Counted from the first letter of the stretch, positions 52,772 to 63,519 are shown. The stretch: 64,000 nucleotides of DNA from Polyangiales bacterium (GCA_964202905.1 CAXNJO010000001.1:949584-1013583); one strand, 5' to 3'. A program made the numbers and translations. Notes: generated by a model from the letters alone, not told the origin.

Positions 52772-54523
52772 ATGCTCGAGAAATTCGGCGGCAAGGTCCA
52801 GGGGGCTGTGCTCGGCACGATCATCGTGTTGATGAGCCTCATCTTCATCCTTCAGTTCGGCGGACCGCAGTCGCAGGGCTGCTCGGCGGAGCGCGGGGCG
52901 GGCTACGCGGCGAAGGTCGCGGGGACGACGATCACCGAGGGCGAGTTCCGCGCGGCGTTCGTCCTCGCGAACGGCGAGCGCTACCCGACGGAGCTCGCGC
53001 GCCAGAACAAGCTGAAGGAGCACATCCTCGACGGCCTCGTCGAGCGCACGCTCCTCGCGCGCGAGGCCCGCAAGCTCGGCTTCCGCGCCACCGAGGACGA
53101 GGTCATGCGCCGCCTCGCGGACGAGGGCGTCATCTACCTCTCGCGCTCCGTGGACGCGCCCGCGTCCTTCCCGGGGGGCCGCATGCCCGTCGACTTCAAC
53201 GACGACGAGGGGCACTTCGACATCGACAACGCGCGGCGCTTCATCCAGAACGGCCTGCGCCGCAGCGTGCAGGAGTTCGCGCTCAGCCAGGTCGAGGAGG
53301 CGCTCGCGCAGCGCATGCGCGAGACGGTCGTCGCGAGCGTGACCGTGAGCCCCGAGGAAGTCTGGGACGCGCACGTCCGCGAGAAGGAGCGCCTCACGCT
53401 CTCCTACCTCCGCTTCTCGCCGACCTGGTACCGCGACCGGCTCCAGCCGACGGACGCCGACCTCACGACGTGGATGGCCGCGAATCAGGCCGCCGTCGAT
53501 GCCGAGTTCACGCGGCAGCGCCACCGCTACACCGGTCTCGAGAAGCAGATCCGCGCGCGCCACATCCTCATCAAGGTCGCCTCCGACGCGAGCGAGGACG
53601 TCCGCACCGCGGCCCGCGCGAAGATCGACGCGCTCCTCGGCCGCGCCCGCGCCGGTGAGGATTTCGCGGCGCTCGCCCGCGACAACAGCGAGGACACGGG
53701 CTCGGCCGTGCGCGGCGGCGACCTCGGCTACAACCCGCGCGGCCGCATGGTCACGCCGTTCGACGCGGCGCAGTTCGCGCTCGAGCCGGGGCAGATCAGC
53801 GACGTCGTGACGACGGACTTCGGCTTCCACGTCATCAAGGTCGAGGGCAAGCGCGAGGGCGATGTGCCCGAGGCCGAGGCGAAGCGCGAGATCGCCGGTG
53901 ACCTCTACCGCGCAGCGAAGGCCGGCGACCTCGCGCGCGAGGCCGCGACGCGTGCGCTCGCGGATCTCCGCGCGGGCAAGTCGCTCGAGCAGCTCGACCG
54001 CGAGCTCTCCGGGCGCCCCGCGCCGCCGCCCGTCGAGCCGGGCGTCGAGCCGCCCCCCGAGGCGCCCCCCGCGAACGACGAGCGCGAAGACCCGTATCGC
54101 CCGCGGCTGCAGGACTCGCGCCCGTTCGCGCGTGGCGACCAGCCGATCCCCGGCGCCGCGGACAGCGGCCCGCTCGCGCGCGCCGCGTGGGCGCTCACCG
54201 GCGAGGCCGCGCTGCCGACGGAGCCGTTCCGCCTCGGTGAGGACTTCATCGTCTACCGCGTGAAGGAGCGCGTCGACGCGGTCCGCAGCGAGCTCACCGA
54301 CGCCGACCGCGCGCGCTTCACGGACGCGCTCCTCGCGGCCAAGCAGGCCGAGGCGCTCGGCACCTTCGTGCGTCGCCTGCGTGAGGCCGCGGAGGCCGCC
54401 GGCGACGTGCGCATCAATGAGCAGGTCCTCTCGTACCCGGCGGCCGAGGGCGAGGAGGGCGCGGAGGGCAGCGGCAATGCCCCGTCCGCGCCGCGCCCGA
54501 GCGGGGAGCCCGCCGCGAATTGA
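52772..54523 (+). CDS. PpiD/SurA-type peptidyl-prolyl isomerase chaperone
   Basis: N-terminal TM, SurA_N-like region, parvulin IRARHILIK...GEDFAALARDNSED...GGDLG...FGFHVIK. Confidence 0.9.
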   Translation: MLEKFGGKVQGAVLGTIIVLMSLIFILQFGGPQSQGCSAERGAGYAAKVAGTTITEGEFRAAFVLANGERYPTELARQNKLKEHILDGLVERTLLAREARKLGFRATEDEVMRRLADEGVIYLSRSVDAPASFPGGRMPVDFNDDEGHFDIDNARRFIQNGLRRSVQEFALSQVEEALAQRMRETVVASVTVSPEEVWDAHVREKERLTLSYLRFSPTWYRDRLQPTDADLTTWMAANQAAVDAEFTRQRHRYTGLEKQIRARHILIKVASDASEDVRTAARAKIDALLGRARAGEDFAALARDNSEDTGSAVRGGDLGYNPRGRMVTPFDAAQFALEPGQISDVVTTDFGFHVIKVEGKREGDVPEAEAKREIAGDLYRAAKAGDLAREAATRALADLRAGKSLEQLDRELSGRPAPPPVEPGVEPPPEAPPANDEREDPYRPRLQDSRPFARGDQPIPGAADSGPLARAAWALTGEAALPTEPFRLGEDFIVYRVKERVDAVRSELTDADRARFTDALLAAKQAEALGTFVRRLREAAEAAGDVRINEQVLSYPAAEGEEGAEGSGNAPSAPRPSGEPAAN

Positions 54524-54558
54524 CGGACGTCGGCCGAGGCCCCACGGATCGGGCGCCG

Positions 54559-55839
54559 ATGCACGCGCGCCACGCCGAGACCCTCCCGAACGGCCTCCGC
54601 CTCGTGGTGGCCCCGCAGCCGCATCTGCACACCGCGAGCCTCTCGCTCTTCGTGAAGGCCGGCTCCCGCTTCGAAACGGAGCGCGACAACGGCCTCTCGC
54701 ACTTCCTCGAGCACATGCTCTTCCGCGGCACCGAGCGCCTGCCCTCGGCGTATGCGCTCAACCACGCGATCGAGTCCCTCGGCGGCACGCTCTACGGCGC
54801 GACGCACGCCGACTTCACGCTCTACCAGGTGAGCGTCCCGCCGGAGTCGCTCGCCGGCTCGATCGCGCTCTTCGGCGAGATCGTGACGAGCCCCGTCTTC
54901 TCCGACATCGACGTCGAGAAGGGCATCGTCCGCGAGGAGATCCTCGAGGCCGTCGACGAGGACGGCCGCAACGTCGACATCGAGGACATCTCGCGCGAGG
55001 TCGTCTTCGAGGGCCACCCGCTCGGCTTCAAGATCACCGGCGACGCTGCCAACGTCGATCGTTTCGACACCCACGATCTGCGCCGCTGGCTCACGCGCTT
55101 TTACGGCGCGTCGAACTCCGTGGTCGTCGTCTCGGGCGCGGTCGACGTCGCCGAGTGTGCCGCGCAGGTGCGCGAGGCCTTCGCGGCGATGCCGCGCGGC
55201 ACGCCCGTCGAGGCCGCGCCGCCCGCGCTCGCCACGCGCGAGCCCGCCTTCGAGTTCGTCGAGTCCGTCGGCTCGCAGTCGGAGCTGCGCGTGTCGTTCG
55301 TCGCCGTCGGCGAGAAGGACGCGCGCCGCCCCGCGCTCGAGCTGCTCACCCGCATCCTCGACGATGGCATGAGCACGCGCCTGCACCGCCGCATCTGCGA
55401 CGAGCGCGGCCTCGCCTACGACGTCTTCGCGGCGCTCGACCTCTACGAGGACTGCGGCGTCTTCGACCTCGGCGCCTCCGTCGAGCACGCCAAGGCGCCC
55501 GCCGTGCTCGAGCAGCTCTTCGCGCTCGTCCGCGAGCTGCGCGACACGCCCGTCACCGACGACGAGCTCGCGAAGGCCAAGCGCCGCTACCTCTGGGAGC
55601 TCCGCGCGACGCTCGACGACGCGGCCGGCCTCGCGGGCTTCTATGGCGTGCGCGGGCTGCTGGGCGTGGACGAGACGCTCGACGACGTCGCCGCCGCCGT
55701 GCAGGCCGTCCGCGCCGAGGACATCCGTGCGCTCGCCGGCGACATCTTCCTGCGCAGCCGCCTCTCGGTCACGATCGTCGGGCTCGTCGAGGACGACGCG
55801 CTCGACGCCTGCGAGCGGTTCGTCGACGCCTGGCGCTGA
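54559..55839 (+). CDS. M16 (pitrilysin-family) zinc peptidase
   Basis: LPNGLRLV, GSRFE, GLSHFLEHMLFRGT (HxxEH), RGLAY. Confidence 0.93.
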   Translation: MHARHAETLPNGLRLVVAPQPHLHTASLSLFVKAGSRFETERDNGLSHFLEHMLFRGTERLPSAYALNHAIESLGGTLYGATHADFTLYQVSVPPESLAGSIALFGEIVTSPVFSDIDVEKGIVREEILEAVDEDGRNVDIEDISREVVFEGHPLGFKITGDAANVDRFDTHDLRRWLTRFYGASNSVVVVSGAVDVAECAAQVREAFAAMPRGTPVEAAPPALATREPAFEFVESVGSQSELRVSFVAVGEKDARRPALELLTRILDDGMSTRLHRRICDERGLAYDVFAALDLYEDCGVFDLGASVEHAKAPAVLEQLFALVRELRDTPVTDDELAKAKRRYLWELRATLDDAAGLAGFYGVRGLLGVDETLDDVAAAVQAVRAEDIRALAGDIFLRSRLSVTIVGLVEDDALDACERFVDAWR

Positions 55840-55901
55840 GCGCGCGGTTCGCGGCGCGCCGCGTCCCCGCCGGGGCGCCGAGTGAGTTTGAGTGGTGTGG
55901 A

Positions 55902-56843
55902 TCAGCCGAGCGGGCCGCCGGAGCGCTTCAGGGACTCGAGCGCGAAGACGCCGCCGAGGAGCAGCACGTAGAGCGCGACGACGAACCCGAGGAACAAGAA
56001 GCGGTAGCCGAGCACGGCGATCGCGGCTCGGTCGGTCGTCGTTCGGTGCGCCTCGCGCAGCGCGACGGCCTCGCAGTACCAGACCCAGAAGATGCATCCG
56101 TACCAGCCGATGCAGGGCACGAAGGTCCAGAAATAGGGCGCGCTCCCGTAACAGACGGCGCGTAGCGACTGCTCGAACGTCGCGCGCTGCCTCTTCAGCA
56201 GCACGAGCGTTCCGTGGCTGCACATCGCCGCGAACAGCGCCTGCACGAGCCCCTGAAGCGGGTACGCGATGAGCGCGATGGGCACGAAGCCCACGGTGGC
56301 GCAGCCGCCGTAGACGCCGAACACCGCGCCGAGCGCGGGCTCGCCCGCGAGGATGGCCGCGCCGCTCCCGACGAGCATCAGCAGCCCGAAGGAGAGCATC
56401 ATCAGCGCGCCGCCGACGGTGTGGGCGACCACCGCGAACAACACGGGACCCAGCATCCCCGACTCGCCCGCGGGCGTCGCGAAGAAGCGCTTCGGCTCGG
56501 TGCAGACGAGCCGGGTCGTCTCCCAGAACGCGCGCATCCAGCCGAGCTCGCGGCGCCGCTCCCAGGGCACGATCTCCGAGAGCCCGCGCGCGGCGCACGC
56601 GCGGCACGTCGTCCCCTGGTCGACCTTCGCGAAGGCGCACGCGCCGCAGCCGTAGGTGCCGCACACGACGCAGAGAAAGCGCGCGCCCTCGTCGGGGTGC
56701 ACGCCGCAGCGCGCGCCCGGCGGCACATCGGCATCGGGGGTGAATGCCTCTCCGGAGCCCGCGGGGGTCGCGCCGCGCGTCGACGGTGCGACCGACTCGC
56801 CCGCCGCGGCCGTGTCGCCGAGCGTCGGCCAGGCGTCGCTCAT
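55902..56843 (-). CDS. YIP1-family membrane protein with N-terminal Cys/His zinc finger
   Basis: CGVHP...CVVCGTYGCGAC...CRAC; PWERRRELGW...FWET; about 5 TM helices. Confidence 0.8.
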   Translation of the reverse strand: MSDAWPTLGDTAAAGESVAPSTRGATPAGSGEAFTPDADVPPGARCGVHPDEGARFLCVVCGTYGCGACAFAKVDQGTTCRACAARGLSEIVPWERRRELGWMRAFWETTRLVCTEPKRFFATPAGESGMLGPVLFAVVAHTVGGALMMLSFGLLMLVGSGAAILAGEPALGAVFGVYGGCATVGFVPIALIAYPLQGLVQALFAAMCSHGTLVLLKRQRATFEQSLRAVCYGSAPYFWTFVPCIGWYGCIFWVWYCEAVALREAHRTTTDRAAIAVLGYRFLFLGFVVALYVLLLGGVFALESLKRSGGPLG

Positions 56844-56859
56844 CGCGCGCGCACCGTGG

Positions 56860-57324
56860 TCAGAACTTCCCCGACGTCGAGAGGAACGTCATCTTGTCGT
56901 TCGTCTCGCGCAGGCGCGCGGAGAGCACCTTCACGGTATTCCAGAGGAACTCGTACGCGAGGTCCTTGTCGAGGAAGAGCAGGTCCTCCATCGCCTCGCG
57001 CGAGAGCACGAGGCAGCGGCACTTCTCGTGGACGCGCGCGTCGGCCGAGCGCGGGAAGTCGTCGACGAGGCTCATCTCGCCGAACGCGTCGCCCGGCCCG
57101 AGCACGGCGAGCGCCTCCTCGCCCATCCCCGAGACCTCGCGCGAGATGCGCACCTTGCCCTCGAGCAGGAGGTAGAGCTTGTCGCCCTCCTCGCCCTCCC
57201 GGAAGATCACGGCGTTCCGCGTGAACGTCTCTTCACTGGCGATCGCCGCGATGCGCTGCAACCCCTCGGGCTTGAGGCCGCGGAAGAGGTGGATGTTGGC
57301 GAGCGCGTCGACGACGTCGGTCAC
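56860..57324 (-). CDS. Stand-alone cyclic-nucleotide-binding domain protein
   Basis: IFREGEEGDKLYLLLEGKVRI, GDAFGEMSL, PRSADA; no HTH. Confidence 0.92.
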   Translation of the reverse strand: MTDVVDALANIHLFRGLKPEGLQRIAAIASEETFTRNAVIFREGEEGDKLYLLLEGKVRISREVSGMGEEALAVLGPGDAFGEMSLVDDFPRSADARVHEKCRCLVLSREAMEDLLFLDKDLAYEFLWNTVKVLSARLRETNDKMTFLSTSGKF

Positions 57325-57450
57325 GGGGCGGCGACGATAGCAAGGCCGCCTGCGGCGTACCAAGCGCGCGCGACTGAATGGTGATTCAGTCGTGCGGTCC
57401 ATCCCGCGCCGACGCGGCTCACCCCGACCTGGCGCACGGCTTCGGTGCGT

Positions 57451-59775
57451 TCACGGCGGCGCGAACACGAACGGGAAGCTCACCGCGACCGGCCCCTCGC
57501 GCTCGCCCGCGGGGAAGCGCAGGGTGCGCACGAGGGCGACGAGGCAGGTGCCCACGCGCTCGTCCGGGAAGGTCGACACGGCGGCGGCGACGTCTTCGGT
57601 CGACCCATCGGGGCGGACGGCGAAGCGCAGCACGACGCGGCCCTGGAGGGTCGGGTCCCGCTGGAGCTCCCGCTCGTAGCACTGCTGGATCGCGGGCAGC
57701 CGGGCCCGGAATGTGAGCGCGAGCGCGTCGCCCATGAGCGCGCCCGGCGCCGCCGTCGCGGTGCCCGACGCGACGACCCGGCCGCCCGACGGGGCTGGCT
57801 GCGGGTCGGGGCGCACGGGGGCGGTGGCGGTGCCTGAGTCGACGATTCGGCCGAGCGACCGCATTTGCTGCGCGCCAGCGCGCGGGGGCGCGGGGAGCGC
57901 GCCGATGACGACGATCGGGTCGAAGTCCTGCGTCGCGGCGCTCCGCGCGCTCGACGCCAGCTGCTGCGCGGTCGCGCCGTCCGTGACCACCAGCCACGCG
58001 AGCGGGCGGTGCATCCGCGGGCGCGGCTCGCCCGGCCGCGTCGCGTCGACGCGCGCGATCGCGGGGACCGGCGTCCCGTCGAGCGGGCGCGGCGCATCCG
58101 TCGCGCCGGGCCGCGGCAGGAGCATCGGCGTGCCCTCCGCGCCGACGAGCGCGTGCCAGAGCATCGTGTCCCCCTCGGGGACCCTCCCGTCCACCGCGCG
58201 CTCGAGCAGAACGCGCACGGCGCCGGGCGGTTCGGCGACCGCGACGAGCAGCGGCGCGTCGGCGCGGAGCTGCGCGCGCGCCTCGGGGTCGAGCGTGCGC
58301 TGCGTGCCGACGAGGTCGATCGACTGCGCGCCCGCCGCGGCCGCGGCCTCGAGCACGGCCCGGAGCAGCGGGGCCTCGACGCGGCCGTCGACGGCGAGCG
58401 TGAGCCCGGGCCGATCCTGGGGCGAGGGGACGCGGGCGCACATCGCTCCGCGGCGTCCCTGCGGCGGAGGCGGCACGTCGTCGGCGGGCTCGGGCTGAGG
58501 GCCAGGCGTGGGCTGCGTGAGCCGGGCGCGCAGCGCGTCGGTGAGCGCGTCGCGGCCCTCCGGCGTCGCGAGCGAGGCGGCCGCGATCGCCGCCTCGCCT
58601 TGCGGCAGCACGCGATCGACGGCGACGAGGGCGTCCATCGTCGCGTGCGCGGAGGCGTCGCACGCGCGGATGGCCGCGGGGTCGAAGCCCGCCAGCGCGC
58701 CCCACGCCGGCGCCGTGTAGGGACGCAAGGTGCGCGCATGGTGGGCCTCGACCGTCGAGCCGAAGGCGGCGCCCAGCGCTGCGACGAGCACGAGCGCGCC
58801 GCCGCCTGCGAGCGCGCCGCGACCGGGCCGCTCCTGCACGACCGCCCAGCCCGCGAGCGCCACGGCGGCACCGCCGAGCACGAGCGTGGCGACGAGCCCG
58901 ACGCGCCCGCCGAGCGCGATGGCCGAGGCGGCCTGCAACACGGCCTCGAGCCGCGCGTCGGGCTCGGGGTCGCCCGCCGCATGCAGCGCCGCACGCACCG
59001 CGCCGTGCTCCGCGGCGAACAACGCACCGAGGAACGACACGAGCGTGGCCGGGCCGACGGCGGCCGCGAGCGCCGTCGCCCGCCCGCGCGTCGACACGCC
59101 GACGGCCGCCGCGGCGAGCCCGAACGCGAAGACCGCGCGCACCGTCGCGACGACCAGCCACGTCGTGTACCGACCGAACCCGCCCGACGCGAGCGCGTAC
59201 GCGACGAGCCCGACGAGCGGCAGCGCGAGCCCGGCGCCGACCAGCCCCGCACGCGGCACGCGCCCCGCCGCGCGCTGACCGAGCGCGCCGATCGCGAGGC
59301 CGAGCGCGAGCGCCCCCGCGAGCGCAGAGCTGCACCACGCGCCGACCACCGCCGCGCCACCCGCCTCGGCGAGCCCCTGCGCGAGCAGCGCGCCACGGCT
59401 GGTGGGCTCGGCCATCCCGAGCGCCGCCGCGAGCTGCGAGACCCCCCGCGCCTCGCCCGCGAGCCCGGCCACCCACGGCAGCCCCGCGAGCGCGAGCGAC
59501 GCGGCCGCCGGCACGCGCGCCCCACGCCCCGCGCCCCAGAGCAGCGCCGAGAGCGCGAGCGCCCCCAGCCCCGCGACCGCGAGCACGGCGTAGAGCGGCC
59601 AGCCGGTGTCGCGCGCGAGCGCCCCCATGCCCGTGACCCCGAGCGGCACGGCGAAACCGACGGCCGCCGTCACCCCGACGACGAGCGGCATCGCCGCCGC
59701 GACCCCGGCCGCGACGGGCGAAGGCGCCCGCACGTCCGCCCCCACCGACGCCCCGCGCTGCATGTCCACGCTCAT
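57451..59775 (-). CDS. Polytopic membrane protein with ExbB/TolQ-like N-terminus, ExbD/TolR-like domains and AgmX/PglI (TonB-C) C-terminus, paralogue A
   Basis: DTGWPLYAVL; GLAGEARGVSQLAAALGMAEPTSRGALLAQGLAEA; LTLAVDGRVEAPLLRAVLEAAAAAGAQSIDLVG; IQQCYERELQRDPTLQGRVVLRFAVRPDGS...FPFVF. Confidence 0.8.
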   Translation of the reverse strand: MSVDMQRGASVGADVRAPSPVAAGVAAAMPLVVGVTAAVGFAVPLGVTGMGALARDTGWPLYAVLAVAGLGALALSALLWGAGRGARVPAAASLALAGLPWVAGLAGEARGVSQLAAALGMAEPTSRGALLAQGLAEAGGAAVVGAWCSSALAGALALGLAIGALGQRAAGRVPRAGLVGAGLALPLVGLVAYALASGGFGRYTTWLVVATVRAVFAFGLAAAAVGVSTRGRATALAAAVGPATLVSFLGALFAAEHGAVRAALHAAGDPEPDARLEAVLQAASAIALGGRVGLVATLVLGGAAVALAGWAVVQERPGRGALAGGGALVLVAALGAAFGSTVEAHHARTLRPYTAPAWGALAGFDPAAIRACDASAHATMDALVAVDRVLPQGEAAIAAASLATPEGRDALTDALRARLTQPTPGPQPEPADDVPPPPQGRRGAMCARVPSPQDRPGLTLAVDGRVEAPLLRAVLEAAAAAGAQSIDLVGTQRTLDPEARAQLRADAPLLVAVAEPPGAVRVLLERAVDGRVPEGDTMLWHALVGAEGTPMLLPRPGATDAPRPLDGTPVPAIARVDATRPGEPRPRMHRPLAWLVVTDGATAQQLASSARSAATQDFDPIVVIGALPAPPRAGAQQMRSLGRIVDSGTATAPVRPDPQPAPSGGRVVASGTATAAPGALMGDALALTFRARLPAIQQCYERELQRDPTLQGRVVLRFAVRPDGSTEDVAAAVSTFPDERVGTCLVALVRTLRFPAGEREGPVAVSFPFVFAPP

Positions 59776-60060
59776 GAAGCGCGCACTCTATCGCGAACGC
59801 GTGTCGCGCCCTGCGCGCAGCCGAGGAGAGACCGACTCGGGCGAACTCTGCGAGGTGGACCGGGCTCAGCGCCTCCGCGCCCGATAGCTCTGCGACACGA
59901 ACTCGCGGAGCATCGAGGTCACCGCGACGCGCTGCGTTTCGGTCCGCAGGATGCGTGTGCCGTCCTCGCGCTCGGGAAGCGCTGAGCCCGCGGTCGTCCG
60001 CACCCGCGCGATGGCGTCGAAATCCATTGTCATCCATGGCGATTCGAGTGGCTTCGCGCG

Positions 60061-60435
60061 GACGCCTCTCCAGCCTCGCGGTGGCATCACCGTCTCATCC
60101 TCGGATTGATCAACATGACCGGTGATGTCGACCTCGCCTCGGTGTGTCCGAACGGGGTCGCCCGCATCACCGACGAACACACCTTCTTGAACTGGCTCGT
60201 GAGTGCGTTGCTCGGCGGGTTCATCGACACGCCGACATCCGTCGAGATCGGTTGCAGCGCAGGCCCAGCGATGCAGCCACAGGCCATGACGATCGAACTT
60301 CCGATGACGCCTGAGACGATCGAGCGCATTCGCGCGGCGTATCCCAACGTCGATGCGCAACTTGCGGAGATGATCGACGCGTCTTCCCCGACGCCATCGA
60401 TGGCGTCGCGTTCGTCCGACGCAGCGTCGTTCTGA
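60061..60435 (+). pseudogene. Bor/Iss-like lipoprotein fragment lacking its signal peptide
   Basis: WHHRLILGLINMTGDVDLASVCPNGVARITDEHTFLNWLVSALLGGFIDTPTSVEIGC; in-frame stop at 59983-85 and no lipobox upstream. Confidence 0.6.
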
Positions 60436-60618
60436 CGCTCCGGACAACGTGGTTGCTGCTTCGAGTTGGCGGGACGCGATGCCGTTCTCCTCGGACGACC
60501 CGTCAGGGTCGCCCGACGGCATCGCGTCCATGCGCTCCGTGCAACGCCGACATCACGCATTCGCGCTCATCCATTCGCCAATCGCTCTTCCGCCCAGCGT
60601 GCGTCGCGCAGAGCGGGC

Positions 60619-62911
60619 TCACTCCGCGGTGAACACCAGCGGATAGGTCAGCATGATCGGTCCCTGGGGATCGCCACCGGGGAAGCGGAGCGCGCGGAAC
60701 ACGTCGACGATGCAGCCGTGCATCGCCTCGTCGCGCAATGTGGATTCCTCGATGGCGACCTCCGTCACCGCGCCGTCGGGCTGCACCGCGAAGCGCACCT
60801 TCAGGCGCCCGGCCAGCGTCGGCGACCGCGCGAGCGCGCGCTCGTAGCAGCCGCGGACCTTCGCGTTCTCCGCGCGGACGGCGCGTCGGACGTCGTCCCT
60901 GTCGAAGTCGTGCGGCGTCGCCGACGACGGTGGCTGCGTCGCGGACGGCTGGGCGCCGGTGTCCTCGGGGGCGCCCGGCAGCGTGGCCGTCGTCACCACG
61001 ATCGGGTCGAGCCCCTCGGACGCGGTCGCGCGCGCGAACGCCGTGAGCGACTGCGCCGTCGCGTCGTCGCCGATCACGAGCCACGCGAGCGCGCGCGGTT
61101 CCTCGACGTCGAAGTCGCGCGGCGGCAGCGGCCTGCCGGCCCAGGCGAGCTCGAACCCGATCGGCTCGGCGCGATTCCCTTCACGCGGCTCGACCCTCGC
61201 GAGGCCCTCGAGCTCCGCACCCACCGTCGCGTGCCAGCGCGTCGTGTCGCCGTCGATCACGCGGGGCGCGACGTCGTGCGCGAGCAGCACGCGCACGGAA
61301 CCGTAGGCCTGCGGCGATCGGGCGGAACGGACCCGCCTTGGGGCTCGCCAAATTCGGCACGGCGATCCACATCGCGATCAGCGATCTGCGCACGCCGACG
61401 AAATCCACCGAGCGCGCGCCCGATTCCGCGGCCGCATCGAGCACCGCGCGCAGCAGCGGCGCACCGACGTGGGCATCGAAGGCGAGCGTGAGCGCGGGCG
61501 TGACGAGCCCCGCGCGCGAGCGTGCGGGCGGCGGCTCGTCTCCGTCGCGTCCTTGCAGCGCATCGACCGAGAGCTCCTCTCGCTTGGCGCGAAAGATGTC
61601 CGCGAGCGCCCGTCGCCCCTCCGCTGTCGCGACGACCTCCGCCGGCAGCCGCGTGCCCGAGCCATGCGGGTACACGGCGTCGACCCCGATGATCGCGGCC
61701 GGAATCGACATCGCGGTGTCGTCCGTCGCGGGCACGTAGCTCGGCTCGAAGCGCTCGAAGCGCTCGATGCGCGCCCACGCAGGCGCCGCCGCCCGCGCGA
61801 TGCTGTTCGACCACTTCGCGTCGCCCCCGACCGCCACGAAGACGAAGCCGATCATCAGGGCCGTCAGCGCGAAGGCCCCCACGACCGCGGCGTCGCCTCC
61901 GATCCGTGCCTTCCTGACGACCCACCACGCGAGCAGCAGCGACACCACGCACAGCAGCCCGCCCGCGCTGAAGGAGAGCGCCACCCCCACCCAGTACGCG
62001 CGCACTGCCACCGCCGCCGCATCGAGCGCTGCGGTCGGCGCGAGCGTCACGACACCCCGCAGCGCCTCGCGCACGACGCCATGCATCGCCGCCCGCCCGG
62101 CCATCACGATCGCGACGACGCACACCGGCCCCACCGACGCGGCGAGCGCCCCGGCCCGACCGCGCGGCGACACGCCCACCGCCATGGCAGCAAGTACCAA
62201 TGCAATATCGGCTTGCACGGAGGCGACGACGTAGAGCGGCGCCTGCCCGCCGAACACGCCCGACGCGGCCGCATAGGCCGCGAGCAGGACGACCGGCAGC
62301 GCACCCAACACGCCCATCACCGCGCCGAAGCGCGGCTTCTCGGTCGCGCGCTGACCGAGCGCCGCGATCGCGAGCCCGAGCGCGAGCCCGCCCGCGAGCG
62401 CCGAGCTGCCCCACGCGCCGACGAGCGCCGCGGCGCCACCCTCGACGAACGCCACCGCGACGATGCGGTCGTGCACCGTCATCGGACTCACGGCGAGCAC
62501 CGACAGGGCGGGCTCGACGTTCTGCATCGCACCGAGATGCCCCGCGCACCACGGAAGCCCCGCGAGCGCGAGCGGTAGGAACGCAGGCAGCCCCGTGCCA
62601 CGCCGAATGAGCCAGAGCAGCGCGCTCATCACGCACGCCACCGCAGCTGTCGTCAGCCCCGCGGCGTAGAACGCCCAGCCTGCATCCTGCGCGAGCCGCA
62701 TCGTCCCGCGCGCCCCGTGCGCGACGACGAGCGTCCCCGCGGCCGTGAGCGTCATGACGAGCGGCATCGCCGGCGCAAGCGCCGCCGCCGCGCGCGAAGG
62801 GGGCCGCGCCTCGGGCTCGGCTTCGGGCGGTGTCACGCCCGCTGGCTCCCCCACGGCCGCCGTCGCCGCCTCGTCTCCCGCCGCAAAGAAGCGCTCGCTC
62901 GTGTTCGTCAC
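60619..62911 (-). CDS. Paralogue B of the ExbB-ExbD-TonB-like fusion (frameshift near 61305-61325)
   Basis: Collinear with paralogue A: MPLV, DAGWAFY, ALAGLPW, GAWGSSALAGGLALGLAIAALGQRA, LTLAFDAHVGAPLLRAVLDAAAESGARSVDFVG, VRVLL, LAWLVI, DPIVV, VRGCYERALARSPTLAG...YPLVF. Confidence 0.8.
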
Positions 62912-62984
62912 GCGGCGACTCTAACGCGAACCTACGCGTCGCCGTCGACCTCGCGACCGACGCGCGGCGACTCCGCAGGATGCG

Positions 62985-63299
62985 TCAGCGCGATTCGACG
63001 GCCGCCTCGCCGGGACCATCCACGTCGGCGATGGGCGTCCGCGCCTGCGTCGAACACAGCGTGCGCGTGCTCGACACGACACAGCGCACCACCACGTATT
63101 CCCCACATCCGCGATAGAGGTATTCGCTCGGCGCGCGATTCACGTAGCGAAAGGGCACGGGAAACGACGTCTCGAAATCCTCACATCCCGTGTCGCGTCG
63201 TGCCGTCTCGCGCCCGACCCGCCACGCCGACCAAACCCCGCAGCCACCGAGCAGGACCATCAAGGCCATCAGGCCCACGGCCATCAATGCACGTTGCAT
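62985..63299 (-). CDS. Small Cys-containing lipoprotein
   Basis: MQRALMAVGLMALMVLLGGC lipobox; C...YLYRGCGEYVVVRC. Confidence 0.65.
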   Translation of the reverse strand: MQRALMAVGLMALMVLLGGCGVWSAWRVGRETARRDTGCEDFETSFPVPFRYVNRAPSEYLYRGCGEYVVVRCVVSSTRTLCSTQARTPIADVDGPGEAAVESR

Positions 63300-63519
63300 T
63301 CCCGCACTCTTGCGCTGGCGCGACGTCACCGCCAGCCTGGCAGCGCGCGCCGTGCGCGGTGATGCGCGACCCCGCGCGCGTTCTTCGCGTGAGTGCCATT
63401 CGCGGTTCCGCGCGCGATGGCGCGGCGACACCAGCGCGCGAATGATCGACGCCACGGCGACCTATCGGGTCGGATAGAGCCGTATCGCAGCGTGCATGAG
63501 CACCCCCCGAGGCGTCGGC

